This document shows positions 52,991 to 64,000 of a stretch of 64,000 nt of DNA, piece after piece (position 1 is the stretch's first letter; the number at the start of each line of letters is the position of its first letter). The DNA lies in assembly GCA_964057225.1 (NCBI GenBank), contig OZ059898.1:16058001-16122000 (forward strand), given 5' to 3'. The notes beneath the pieces are model-generated. The model saw only the letters and a list, made by a program, of their open reading frames with translations. It ran no database searches and was not told the origin of the DNA. The translations under genes and the position numbers were made by a program. This DNA comes from Auanema rhodensis. Its lineage: Eukaryota > Animalia > Nematoda.

Positions 52991-55021
52991 ATGCCAGCTA
53001 GTTATAATAGTCAACCTATTTCAGGTTTTAATCATTATTTTTATTTAATTATTATAGAAATTCTTTAGGGTTTACAGGACATCTACCTGGTGCTAAATGG
53101 CAAGTAGGCTCTCGTTACGTACCACCAATCCAACAAAAAGTCTTATTGGCATATACTAATTTGGTTAATTTTAGAATATTTAGACTGAGAAACCTCTAGT
53201 AAATCAATCAAATGACAGTCAACTATTAACATCGACCTCTGTAAGCATATCAACTTATAATATTTGGCCAATTTCTTGTGTTTAGGGTCATATTCATAGT
53301 GGAATTCATGAACTTCCAGAACACAGTAATCAACCGGTAAAAATAAAATATTCCTTTTTCTCTTTATAAATACAATGTGTGAAGATTGAGAGTATAATAC
53401 TAAAAGTCAAGAGAACTAAAAGCGTTCATGGTTTCTATGGGTGACCCAAACATATTAGAAGTCATGCTAACGTTTTATTGATGTTTTCTCCTAAAAACTT
53501 TCCTTAATATATTTCATATTTCAGGAAAAATCAAGAATTTCATTTCAAGATGATTTTGTATTGAATAAATCAGCAAGTAATATTATTATCTATACAAAAA
53601 TTATAAAAAATATTATATATATATGTATTTCAGATACAAATGCATTAGTTGGAGATCAATATGGTTTACCAAATAATATCTTAAGACCTGGTAGTTCACA
53701 AATGTCTGTTGGATACACTGCTCAAGGAATTCCTATACGATATCCAACAGATATGCAACTGAATTCAGAATATTCTCAGATTTATCCACCTCCTGGTTAG
53801 AATATACACATCTACATTTTAGAAATATAACTTAAAATAGGAAATGATATGAATAATCATATGAAACTTATAAGCCAGCCTGATACAATAACTCAACATC
53901 CTCATATATCAAATAATACAAAGAATTTGACAACTCAAATTCCCGTACAACTTAATTATAATTGTAAGAAAGATAAAATTTAATATAATTTCAGTCCCAA
54001 TCCTATCAAAACCAAGAAGAATATATGTTGGCACAGAAAGGTAAAGATCATGAAGCACAGCACCGAAGTCGTAGTCTTCCAAGAAGTATGTGAAAATATA
54101 TATTTTTTAAACTTAAATTCATACTAAAGTCACAAGTGTACGTTGAACTTTTGGATGAATACTTTGTTTATTGCTGTTTCCATGACAATAATAGACATTG
54201 GTTCTATGTTGTTTCAATTTAAGCTTTAAAAAATAGTTACTGATTGTGAGCATTTTTAAAACTTAAATATTTAGTTTTAATATTACGTTATTGTAATTTC
54301 AATTAATAATTAAATTAGGAAGAATTGAAAAAGATCCATTCGAAGGAATTGATGGTGGTTGGTGGAGTAAAGGTGAAGTTCTTCGGAATAAAGTATAACA
54401 AACATTTTAAAATATAATTCAAAAATATAATTTTCAGGAAAGAAGAGAAATAGCTAATATGGGACAAAGAGTAACAGGTGGGCAATACAACATCACACTT
54501 CCAAACTCACAAGTATCTAAACCTCAATGGATTGTAAGTAATCCACTATAAGTTTTTTTATTAATTTTTTTAAAAAATATTTTCCATCTATAAATATTCA
54601 AATGTATAATATCTTGAAGGAGCTAAGGAGTATTAACCATGCGATATATTTAGATATGTTATATATTATTTTCTATTAAAGTATATTATAGGAAAGAATA
54701 GGAGAAGAAAGTGATATACCAGCAGCAGGATACAGTGGGCATATTCAAGGTTTCTTTCGTTATTATTATCATAAAAGTAATTTTATAATATTTACAGGAC
54801 TACGTCAACTAGGCATAGGAAAGTCGTTTAATGCTGCTGCAAAAGAAGCCAAGAAGGAATATGTTGAACGACGACGAGCAAGAAGTGGTGGTCGAGGTTT
54901 GCTTATTATAATAAGATCTTACTGAATATTTTTCTTATATTCAGAACAATTCTATGATAAAACACAATCAACTACTGACTTTCAACGTTATAATAACGGA
55001 TATTCTCGTCCTAAATTTTGA
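52991..55021 (+). CDS. Uncharacterised low-complexity protein with two PYG/FAM166-like (G-[FY]-x-G-H-[LI]-x-G) motifs
   Basis: About 13 short exons with canonical ends: MPASYNSQPIS|GFTGHLPGAKWQVGSRY...DPFEGIDGGWWSKGE...DIPAAGYSGHIQG|LRQLGIGKSFNAAAKEAKKEY...NGYSRPKF* (TGA 55019-55021). Confidence 0.75.
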
Positions 55022-55301
55022 TCATTTAGTTGTGATTCATTTGCTAAATCAAATGTTAAAACAAAAAAGAAAATTTCACACAAATATAACATAAATGTGG
55101 TTCTAATGAACTATGCTACCCGGTTAAAATGACTGTGTAACAGTAACATTCTATAAAATGATATAAATTATATTCATATTAAAAACTATAATATTTTAAA
55201 CAAATTATTCCTTCAAATAATAACATCATTTTGTATCTAAATGTTTACTGTTAGGGTCTGTGATTTTCTTCACTTTTAATAAAGGTTGCTGCTTAACCAT
55301 G

Positions 55302-55339
<38 letters not shown>

Positions 55340-55687
55340 TTTTTTTAAAGTTTAAACTATATTTTAATTAAATAGAACCATGCAATATACGATATATTGT
55401 TTTACATTTCATTTTGAGGACTTGAATATATGACACACTTCTTTGATTTGTGTTAATTAAACCTGTAAAATGAAGAACACCGGTTATATTATTGTACAAT
55501 CACAAAGATATTTAAACACATACTCGTATATTAGTTTAAAATGCTTTCTGATAACTAAGAACTCCTAATACCGGGTTAATGTATAAGTATACTTATTGTA
55601 CAACATTTAGTTTACATTACGCCTTGTAAAAAACGTGCAAATGAATGCAACTTATTTCTATATGTATATATAAATATAATTTTTAGA

Positions 55688-56410
55688 ATGGTTAAGCAGG
55701 CGAAAGGTGGCTTACCATATTTACATGTACCGTTAAAATTCAATACAGCATCTACCGATGTTCTTGAAACTAATTTAGATTTGTTTTTAAATAAGTTAAA
55801 TGAAGTTATTAGCGAAATTATTGTTGCCCCTTCACCAGCTGTAGGACCTCGCGGGCATGAATTCAAGGTTGTACTTTCTTACTTTTCTGTTTTATAGTAC
55901 AATTTGTGTAGAATGATATAGCTTCTGTTGGTTTACAACCTGTAATTGATGAATTACCTAAAGGAACGATTGAATTTGCTTTGTTTGACTCTCAAGCTTT
56001 CCTACCTACAGGAGTTGGAAATGCAATTTGCTTGCTAATAGTAAAGTTAGTTACTGCTCAATTGATTTTTGAGATATTGTACATTGATAAAAAAAATAAT
56101 ATATGTTTAAGCTGTCCTCATTCCAAATGTTATTCTATACCGGGATTAAAAGATATGCTAAGTGCACTAGGAGTTACTGCGGAAGCTATTGGTTTCTCCA
56201 AACGGGGAGACAAAGTTTCAAAAGTTATACAAGAAAGTGGCGCAGTAGTTATTGGATTTGATACTGAAAAAGTAACATATTTTACTTGTTTGTTTTTTTT
56301 CATACATTTATTTTCAGAATAAGCCAGTAAAAACTGCTCTTGTTTCTCCAATACTTACAAAATCCATAGGAAAAGGTAATAAAAAGAAGAAAAATAAGAA
56401 TAAAAAATAA
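55688..56410 (+). CDS. Small basic protein with a divergent L7Ae/L30e-like fold; candidate RNase P/MRP subunit RPP38/Pop3
   Basis: 4 exons (55688-55867, 55912-56045, 56112-56271, 56318-56410). Core ASVGLQPVIDELPKGTIEFALFDSQAFLPTGVGNAICLLIVNCPHSKCYSIPGLKDMLSALGVTAEAIGFSK and a Lys-rich tail KGNKKKKNKNKK*. The gene is well supported; the family call is pattern-based. Confidence 0.6.
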
Positions 56411-56549
56411 GCCTTATTGTTTAAAATTGTAATTAATTGTTGAATTTTCTTTGTATATTGAATAAAAATTATATGAAGTCATCGTTTTAATATTTTGCTT
56501 TTTGGTTTAATGATATCTGACGAGTTTGATGTGACAGGTACAACATTCT

Positions 56550-56845
56550 ACGAACTGATAAAATTACAAAAGGTTTGCACTGAGATTGGACCACATTCAC
56601 TCTTTTGCGTTTTCTTTTAAATATTTCTTATGAAACCATGAGTAGATTTCGAACACTGTCACTCGGCGGGAATAATAATAGTTTTACCTTGTTCATAATA
56701 CCACATAAAGTTTGATCTTTTTGTGTTTAACAACTTCGATTAACATTCAAGAGTTGGCAGGTAGCCCAAATTGCTTTGAGCCCGCGAAGATTGATAAGAA
56801 CAGTGGATAGTTGTTTATAAGAAGAACTTGCTGAGATAACAGAGC
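56550..56845 (+). promoter_or_regulatory. GATA (ELT-2-type) sites and TATA box of cpr-6
   Basis: TGATAA at 56556 and 56792, TTTATAAG ~56815, AGATAA ~56834, all upstream of the ATG at 56869. Confidence 0.6.
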
Positions 56846-56868
56846 AGTTCAGCTCCCTGTCAGGTGAG

Positions 56869-58751
56869 ATGTTGGTTAGTTGGTCTTGTTTTTTTCGTTT
56901 TAATGATATGAATTGTTTTTAGAAGCAAACACTTTTACTTCTTCTGGCACTTGTTGCTATAGCCCATGCTCGTCACCGTCATGGTGAATCTGTAGAGTTT
57001 GAAAGAGGTGTTCCTCCAGTTAGAACTTCCGTCTTAGGTCTGATTATTATGATTGAATGATTATCAAGTTTTATTTTCAGACCAATTCCGTGATCGTGTT
57101 ATTTCTAAGGAAGCCGAAGAACTTGAAGGGCAGGATCTTATTGACTATGTCAACAGAAATCAGAATACCTGGAGAGTAAGTAGAATTTTTGAAGATTCTG
57201 ATTATTGATCTGTTGATTAAAGGCTAAGAAGAACCGCCGTTTCGCCAAGCTCTCTGACAATGCTAAATACGGAATGATGGGAGTTAACCATGTTAGACTT
57301 TCCGTCAAGGCTAAGCAATTCTTGTCATCTACTAGAGATCTCGATCTCGCCATCCCAGAAAGTTTCGACTCTCGTGAGGAGTGGCCTGAGTGTGACTCTA
57401 TCAAGCAAATTCGTGATCAAAGTAGCTGTGGTATAAATTTTTAATTAAAATTCAGTTTCATATGGGTGTACGCCATAGGTTCTTGCTGGGCTTTCGGAGC
57501 TGTTGAAGCTATGTCCGATCGTATCTGCATCGCCAGTGATGCTGAAATTCAAGTCACTCTATCTGCTGATGATCTTCTCTCATGCTGCCACTCATGTGGT
57601 TTTGGGTATGTTTGGCCAATCGCTTCGCACTATGAGATCTTTGGGGTTCTTATCTGATCCGTAAATTTGTTTTCGCTTATCAGTTGAACAGATGACCTTG
57701 CTTTGGTAGCTTTTTTGTTATCTATTTTGCTGTGCTCTACAACATGACTTCTCAGTCTCTCTTTTCATCCTCTTTCTGTTCTCGGACAGGATTAATTAAA
57801 TTTTATGATGTGATAGAGCATTAGCAAAACATATTTTTATCACATTCCACTTGCTTATCATTAATACTCATCACGCAAATACAAGAGTGCACTTACAAAT
57901 TTGAAATTTCTGATTACAGATGCAACGGAGGAGACCCATTATCTGCTTGGAAATACTGGGTTAAGGACGGAATTGTTACTGGATCCAACTTCACTACTAA
58001 GGAAGGATGCAAGCCATATCCATTCCCACCATGTGAGCATCATTCCACTAAGCATCATTTCACTCCCTGCAAGCACGACCTCTTCCCAACTCCAAAGTGC
58101 GAGAAGAAGTGCGTTTCCGACTACACCGATAGAACCTATTCTGAAGACAAATTTTTCGGTTTGTTCACATTTGAGGAAGGAAGTAAATCATCATACTCGA
58201 CATTCAGGACGTAGCGCTTATGGTGTTGCTGACAACGTTGAAGCCATTCAAAAGGAAATCATGACTCACGGACCTGTTGAAGCTGCCTTCGAAGTCTATG
58301 ATGACTTCCTTGCATATTCTGAAGGAGTCTATGTTGTGAGTTATAATTTCTCTTTTAACATTCTGCAGAACGATGATGATAAAAAACAATTTATATTTTA
58401 GCACACTGCTGGAAAGCTTGGAGGAGGACATGCTGTTAAGATGATTGGATGGGGAGTTGAGGATGGAATTCCATATTGGCTTATTGCCAACAGCTGGAAC
58501 ACTGATTTCGGAGAGGATGGTAAGAATTTCAAGTTTTGAATACGATGAGTATCTTATGAATCAAATAGGATTCTTCCGTATTCTTCGTGGAGTTGACGAG
58601 TGTGGAATTGAATCCGGAATTGTTGGAGGAGTTCCCAAGCTTAACACTATTCCAAACAGAAGGTTAGCTCAATTCAGATTAAGATTGAAATAGAAATAAG
58701 TTCAGACTCGGAAAATCAAAGTTCACCTCTGACGATGATTTCTTCTTCTAA
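56869..58751 (+). CDS. cpr-6: Cathepsin B-like cysteine protease, cpr-6 orthologue
   Basis: ML|[16 protein letters not shown] signal; [13 protein letters not shown] propeptide; IPESFDSR; [27 protein letters not shown]; occluding loop PPCEHH; GGHAVK; WLIANSWN; [26 protein letters not shown]. Closely matches C. elegans CPR-6 as I recall it. Last exon [14 protein letters not shown]. Confidence 0.95.
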
Positions 58752-59095
58752 ACATTGTTGATTTTTTACAATCATACAACTTAGTGTCTGTAAAGATTTG
58801 CATATAATACAATAAGGAATAAATAATTTGTATAAATCTGTCTTTGTATAAATATATATATATATATATATATAGTTAGTATAGTTAAAAGCAGAAATTA
58901 GTATGTTCCAGCATAAGATTGTGTATATGTATATCACTGGTCACTCTTATTGTTAATAGAGTATCCATGTGAATAGCTAATCCCCTTTTGCTATACCTGA
59001 TTAGAATCTCTTGCATTTAGTTATTCTTCAATGTTAGTAGTATTTCGAACTAGAAATAACTATAATTACCTACTATTCGTATTTTAAAATTCTTC

Positions 59096-59130
<35 letters not shown>

Positions 59131-60535
59131 TGATTTATATGGAAAGTAAATTCTAATTATTAAGTATGGAGTTAGTGATGATCGGAATCACTAGATTTAT
59201 CATATCTTTAGCTACGAGCATATGAATCTACACTTCATACATGTAAGCTCAAGATTTTCGGATGAGCATATTCTAAATCGTATTCATCCATCTTTTTGAG
59301 AATTCTTGATAAATATATGATATATTAATACTTTATAATATAAGCAATTTATACATTTTTTATATTCAAAAAAGAAAAATACAACCGCTTTATGTGACAT
59401 CAAATGAGAAATTGAATGTATTCTCTACTTTACGTGACCTATGTTATTCGTTTGTTCAAATACATAAAGTTGTCATTCGCATGATTTTAATTTTATTTTA
59501 ATGTAAATTGTTTTTTTTTTTCAACTATCATGTTTAGATTCATTTTCTATTTTTTTTTCAGAAAATAAATCTTCTTTATAAATTTATCTATTTTTGGATT
59601 TATGTTATATATTGTAGTTTAATATAAAGTTTTTTTTGGTTAAAAAATATAAAAATATATATTTTATAATAATATATTATTATGTACTTTCTTTATAAGA
59701 TAATCAATAAATACTGAATATAGAATATATTTCTTTTATCTTTTAATCTATTCAATAATCTTTTTTCTATCCTTTTTTCTTTTCTAATTTACTTTCTTTA
59801 CTCGTTTAATCTTGAATTCTTCTTATCTTATTCAATTTAACCAAAAATGTTCCAACAAAAGTTTCTTTAAAATTGGTTGAAATCAAAATTATTTTCTTTC
59901 TTTTTAAAATTTTATTTCAATTTAGAATACAATATATATATATAATTTCAATATTTAAAAATATATTGTAAATAAACACTTTATTAGTTATTTAAGTTAT
60001 TAAAAATAAAAATTGACCTTTATTCAATTTGTTCAAATAATTGCAAAACCATAAAATCTTCTTCTTTTTTCCAACCAATATGTGTATTTTTAGTTTAAAT
60101 AGTTAACGAATATTATCAATTTAATAATCATTTATTCCAGATCAAGATATATCTTTTTACTAATATGATCCTTCTTAATCAAACCAAAAAAAAAAACTAA
60201 AGAAACTAAATTATAATAAACACAATTTTTTTAAACTTTTTTAGAATTATTATATATGTATGTAAATGTAAATGAACAAAGATTTCTTATATACATAATA
60301 TGTACATATTCCATTAAACTCTTCATTATTCCTAAATTAGCTCAACTAATGCAACTCAGACTGATTTAACCTTCCTGAATTATCCTTTCTCAATTATTTC
60401 TGCTTTAACTTATTCATTATGGGATTGATGCAATGTAATGAGAGAGAGAATAAAGTTTTAAGATTATATGGCTTTAATCTATGTATCTTTTCATTTTTCA
60501 GTCTTTTCTTTTCTACCTTCTATGTAATTTGTTTT

Positions 60536-60580
60536 GAACTCTCTGTTTCTTTAAACTCTCTGTTTCTTTAAACTCTCTTA

Positions 60581-60646
<66 letters not shown>
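60536..60646. repeat. 17-bp tandem duplication (AACTCTCTGTTTCTTTA x2+) followed by a (CT)n microsatellite
   Basis: Directly visible. Confidence 0.85.
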
Positions 60647-60649
<3 letters not shown>

Positions 60650-62002
60650 ACACACATCAATTTGGTGACCCCCATGAAGCAGTCTTTCTACATCTGGCAA
60701 TGCTTCCGCAGTTCGTCTTCTGTTAGAAGCCGACAAACTTCCGTTCAAGACGATTACCAATTGTTTCAATAGTACTAGCAGTACTACCACTTTACTCATA
60801 TACTCAGGAATCAGATGACGTATGCTATTCAATTGAACAAACTATATGGAACAACCACCTGCTAACCAATATACCCAATTCATGGTCAAGACTGCTATGT
60901 AAATTTAGGTTCTTGTCCGATCATACATCTAGCCTATAGAGGATTTTCTCCTAGTTTTCATGTAAAAATTTATTTGATTCTGTGTTAAGACCATTTAATA
61001 TATTTTTTCTAGGAATCAATAGGTAACAGTCTTCTTGCTGATTAAATTCCACATATTATGGGATTCTATAGATATTCATATCGATCTCTAGAAATCCTTC
61101 TAAAGTTTTTTGTCGGATTTTAGCATTTTTCTTGCGCTTCTTCTCTCTCTCTTCACTATATATGTATATATATTTCCTTTTGTGTTACGTAATACAAGTA
61201 GAATCGTATATAAGCTGTTTTGTGTGCATCTATCTGTCATTTATATATTTTCTCATATTTTTATAAAAGTATTATAATTTTCATTTATTTATCCGATTAT
61301 CTAGTGCTTCTTCCTATGACCATGCTGAGTATAAATTACAAAATATGGTATCAGTTCATGAGAATATCTGGCTTCATGTCGTTATGTCACACTTCATAGG
61401 GCGTGGCTTAAATCATCTCTTTTCACTCATTGTCATGACGAAGAGAGATGATGAGCAGTCATTCAAACAATCTTTACTACCTTATATTCTAAACTTTTTT
61501 ATCTTTCTATAACTTTATAAAAGTATTTTTTTAACTATTTATTATTATTTTTAATAATAATGAAAATATATTTTATTAAGGTTTTATTAACTGAATATGA
61601 AATCTTATATTACCACGATATAGCAACTATGGCTCCCATATGGTCTTAACTAAATAGTCTTATTCAATTCTCAACACAACTCACATATTTTTCTCAAATT
61701 ATCCTTTTGTATTAATAATTATCCTATTTTTATTATATTTCCTTATTCATCTTTTCAATATTCTTTTCGAATATTTCTAAGAAATGTGAATTTACTCAGC
61801 TATATTGAACTCAACTTAGATATAAATGACGGATATTTTATTTAATATTTCAAAATGAAATTATTATATTTTAGGTTTATTATGTTTTTTTTATAAAATA
61901 AACTTAATTTTTTTTCTTGAAAAGAAGATTTTTTAATTGAGATAACTTTCGTAGAATTGAATTCGTGCTTTAGATTCTCTTATGACGTTAGCTTATTCGA
62001 AA

Positions 62003-64000
62003 ATGGGCGCAGCTTCATCAGATCATACTGATGAATCCATTATCAGTGATAATTCATCTCAAAACGGAAAAAGTAAAAACAAAATGGTATATCATACTGA
62101 TGAATATGACGTGAGTCTAACTTACTATATGTATAACTTATGAATTTATTATATGATTATTTGCTTCCTTTTAATTTATAAATTTCATCAAAGAATGAGT
62201 CATTGTTCCAATGAAGAGATTAATATGAGGGAAGTGAATGAGAAGCCTAAGGAAACCTTGTGAGAACTAATGCAATTTCCCTGAATGATTTCGCATCCTT
62301 TAGAGTTGAATGAAAGCTCATCATAATCTGTTTTTCAGATTAATAAAACAGAAAATATTTTTTTTTTCTGTAACATTAGATTAATCTCCTTATTACTTCA
62401 TATTTTGTGAGCAATCATATTTTTAATAAAATTGAGAATAAAAACAGAAAGAAAGAATAAGAGTTATATACAAAAATTATTATAATATGATGACACATGA
62501 TGTAGCAAATTAGCGCGTCATTCATCACTTTATTGAGAATCTTCGTCAGTTTTCTCAAAATCTAAGCCAAATGACACCTCATATGTCGGATTAAGATGAC
62601 AGCATATGACCTCACTGACGACATTCAAATGTAGAATGTGACGATTTGTAGTTCCCAAAAAAATATTTAGAAACCTTCTATATTCCATATAGATTTTATA
62701 TTTATTATTATCTATACATTGTGATATTTACCGACCTTTGGGCTTATTTTTTATTCACGCAATGTACACTAATTACAGCTGGAAACATCTGTCAAACGTT
62801 GGTGCCGCCAATGTCCTCTCTCTGTGTGTCTCAATAACTAGTCAGGCCTTGTAAGTCTGGCCTTCTGTTTCTATTCTATGGATCTTGATTTCCATAGATG
62901 GTTGGATTCATTTACGCATTCAGCATCCCTATTGGCACCACATTTTCACTTCCATGAACTGACCTATTGTGAGATAGAGGGAAAAAAAGTAGAGGAAAAG
63001 GGAAGAGTAGAGTGGTAGAGGGGAAAAGGATATAGTTTTTATGTTAATTTAAAGAATACTATTAAGAATATTAAAAAATATTTTAATAATATTACATGAT
63101 ATGTGAATATTGAAAATAGACAACATGTATGATGGAGGTTGATTAGATCCAAAATTAGCTTGAAACGCTAATTTATTGATTCACCTTGTTGTCATCGGTT
63201 TCATAATTTCTTCAAAACGAATTAATCGGCTTGAAATTGGTTTCAATTCGATAAAAATGGAAAATTCAAAATTGATGTAAGAAAGAAAGCCTTGCAACTG
63301 AGGCAATGGTCATTAATTTACCAATAAATAGAGAAGCAGAAAATGATGAAAAAAATGAGAGATAGAGAGAGAGAAAGAACTGAATAGTTAAGTGATAAAT
63401 ACATTGAAGTCTTTCAAACACGTTCTGAATATGTTATATGCTGTTCCAGGATGCTGCAGCAGCTATACCCAAATTCTGCCGAGGAAAAGATAGAAAAGTC
63501 TCAACCGGCACCTTGAATCGACTAATCCTTGTTGCTCAGGTTTGTTTCAAGTTTTTTTCATTTTTCATTACATAACTGCTGGGAAAGATGTCAGCATGCA
63601 ATTTTTCTTTGTAGGCTCTAGAATCAGAAGTGGACAGTCGTCGACAAACGGACATTTCCGGAGGCAAAATCACGCTATCTCTTCGAATGGCAAACTTGGT
63701 GAGTAGTTTTCCTGTTTGATAAATGAGTCAAAATTGACTTTGTGCAATGAAATCCAACTTCAATACATGTAAACTTATACTAAAAGGAAAACTTGTATAG
63801 TATAAGTAAAATTAACAATTACAATTATGTATATGACTCAATTTTCTATTCAGATTCTACTAATTCTTATAAATATTCTCATTTTCACGGGCTTTGGAAA
63901 ATATCAAGAGCCTAGAGACAGTGCGTATAAGGTAAAACTTACTTGTAATAGTAATAGATAAAACTTTTTTTTTCATATTTTAGGATTTATTATTAACCGC
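62003..64000 (+). CDS. 5' part of a probable membrane protein; continues beyond the window
   Basis: Phase-0 exons 62003-62110, 63450-63539, 63615-63698, 63854-63931 and 63984-end give MGAASSDHTDESII...|DAAAAIPKFCRGKDRKVSTGTLNRLILVAQ|ALESEVDSRRQ...LRMANL|ILLILINILIFTGFGKYQEPRDSAYK|DLLLT, with a hydrophobic helix near the end. Confidence 0.65.

Noticed and set aside
55022-56868. Operon linking the FAM166-like, RPP38-like and cpr-6 genes
   Set aside because: Gaps are several hundred bp rather than ~100 bp, and cpr-6 has its own TATA and GATA promoter.
57805-57913. C/D snoRNA candidate in the cpr-6 intron (ATGATGT...CTGA)
   Set aside because: Imperfect C box, no terminal stem, and the D box abuts the acceptor; a GATA cluster explains the intron better.

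Overview
Eukaryotic, very AT-rich genomic DNA from a nematode. The evidence is a cuticle collagen, a cpr-6 cathepsin B, an irg-7-like protein and many ~40-60 nt introns; a clade V rhabditid origin is inferred. Because the ORF track breaks at the short introns, I rebuilt gene models by hand. About 12 intron-rich protein-coding genes are supported, in this order: (1) 3' part of a giant EGF/VWA/C-type-lectin/MD protein, irg-7-like (+); (2) cuticle collagen (+); (3) non-alpha cationic Cys-loop channel (+); (4) SH3-DH-PH RhoGEF of the collybistin/ASEF/SPATA13 family with far-upstream exons (-); (5) mitochondrial carrier, SLC25A51-like (-), head-to-head with (6) RRS1 (+); (7) AMP deaminase (+); (8) secreted five-repeat + serine beta-lactamase protein with polyglycine-hydrolase architecture (-); (9) protein with two PYG/FAM166-like motifs (+); (10) divergent L7Ae-fold, RPP38-like protein (+); (11) cathepsin B cpr-6 (+); (12) 5' part of a membrane-protein gene (+). 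The most notable finding is the intron-rich animal polyglycine-hydrolase-like gene with intact SVSK/YSN motifs. Also notable are candidate in-frame micro-exons in AMP deaminase (one with its donor folded into a hairpin), the RPP38-like and FAM166-like proteins, a GU-rich structured element behind RRS1, and relaxed 3' splice sites. No CRISPR, rRNA or tRNA was seen. Exon boundaries were read by eye and may be off by a few bases.
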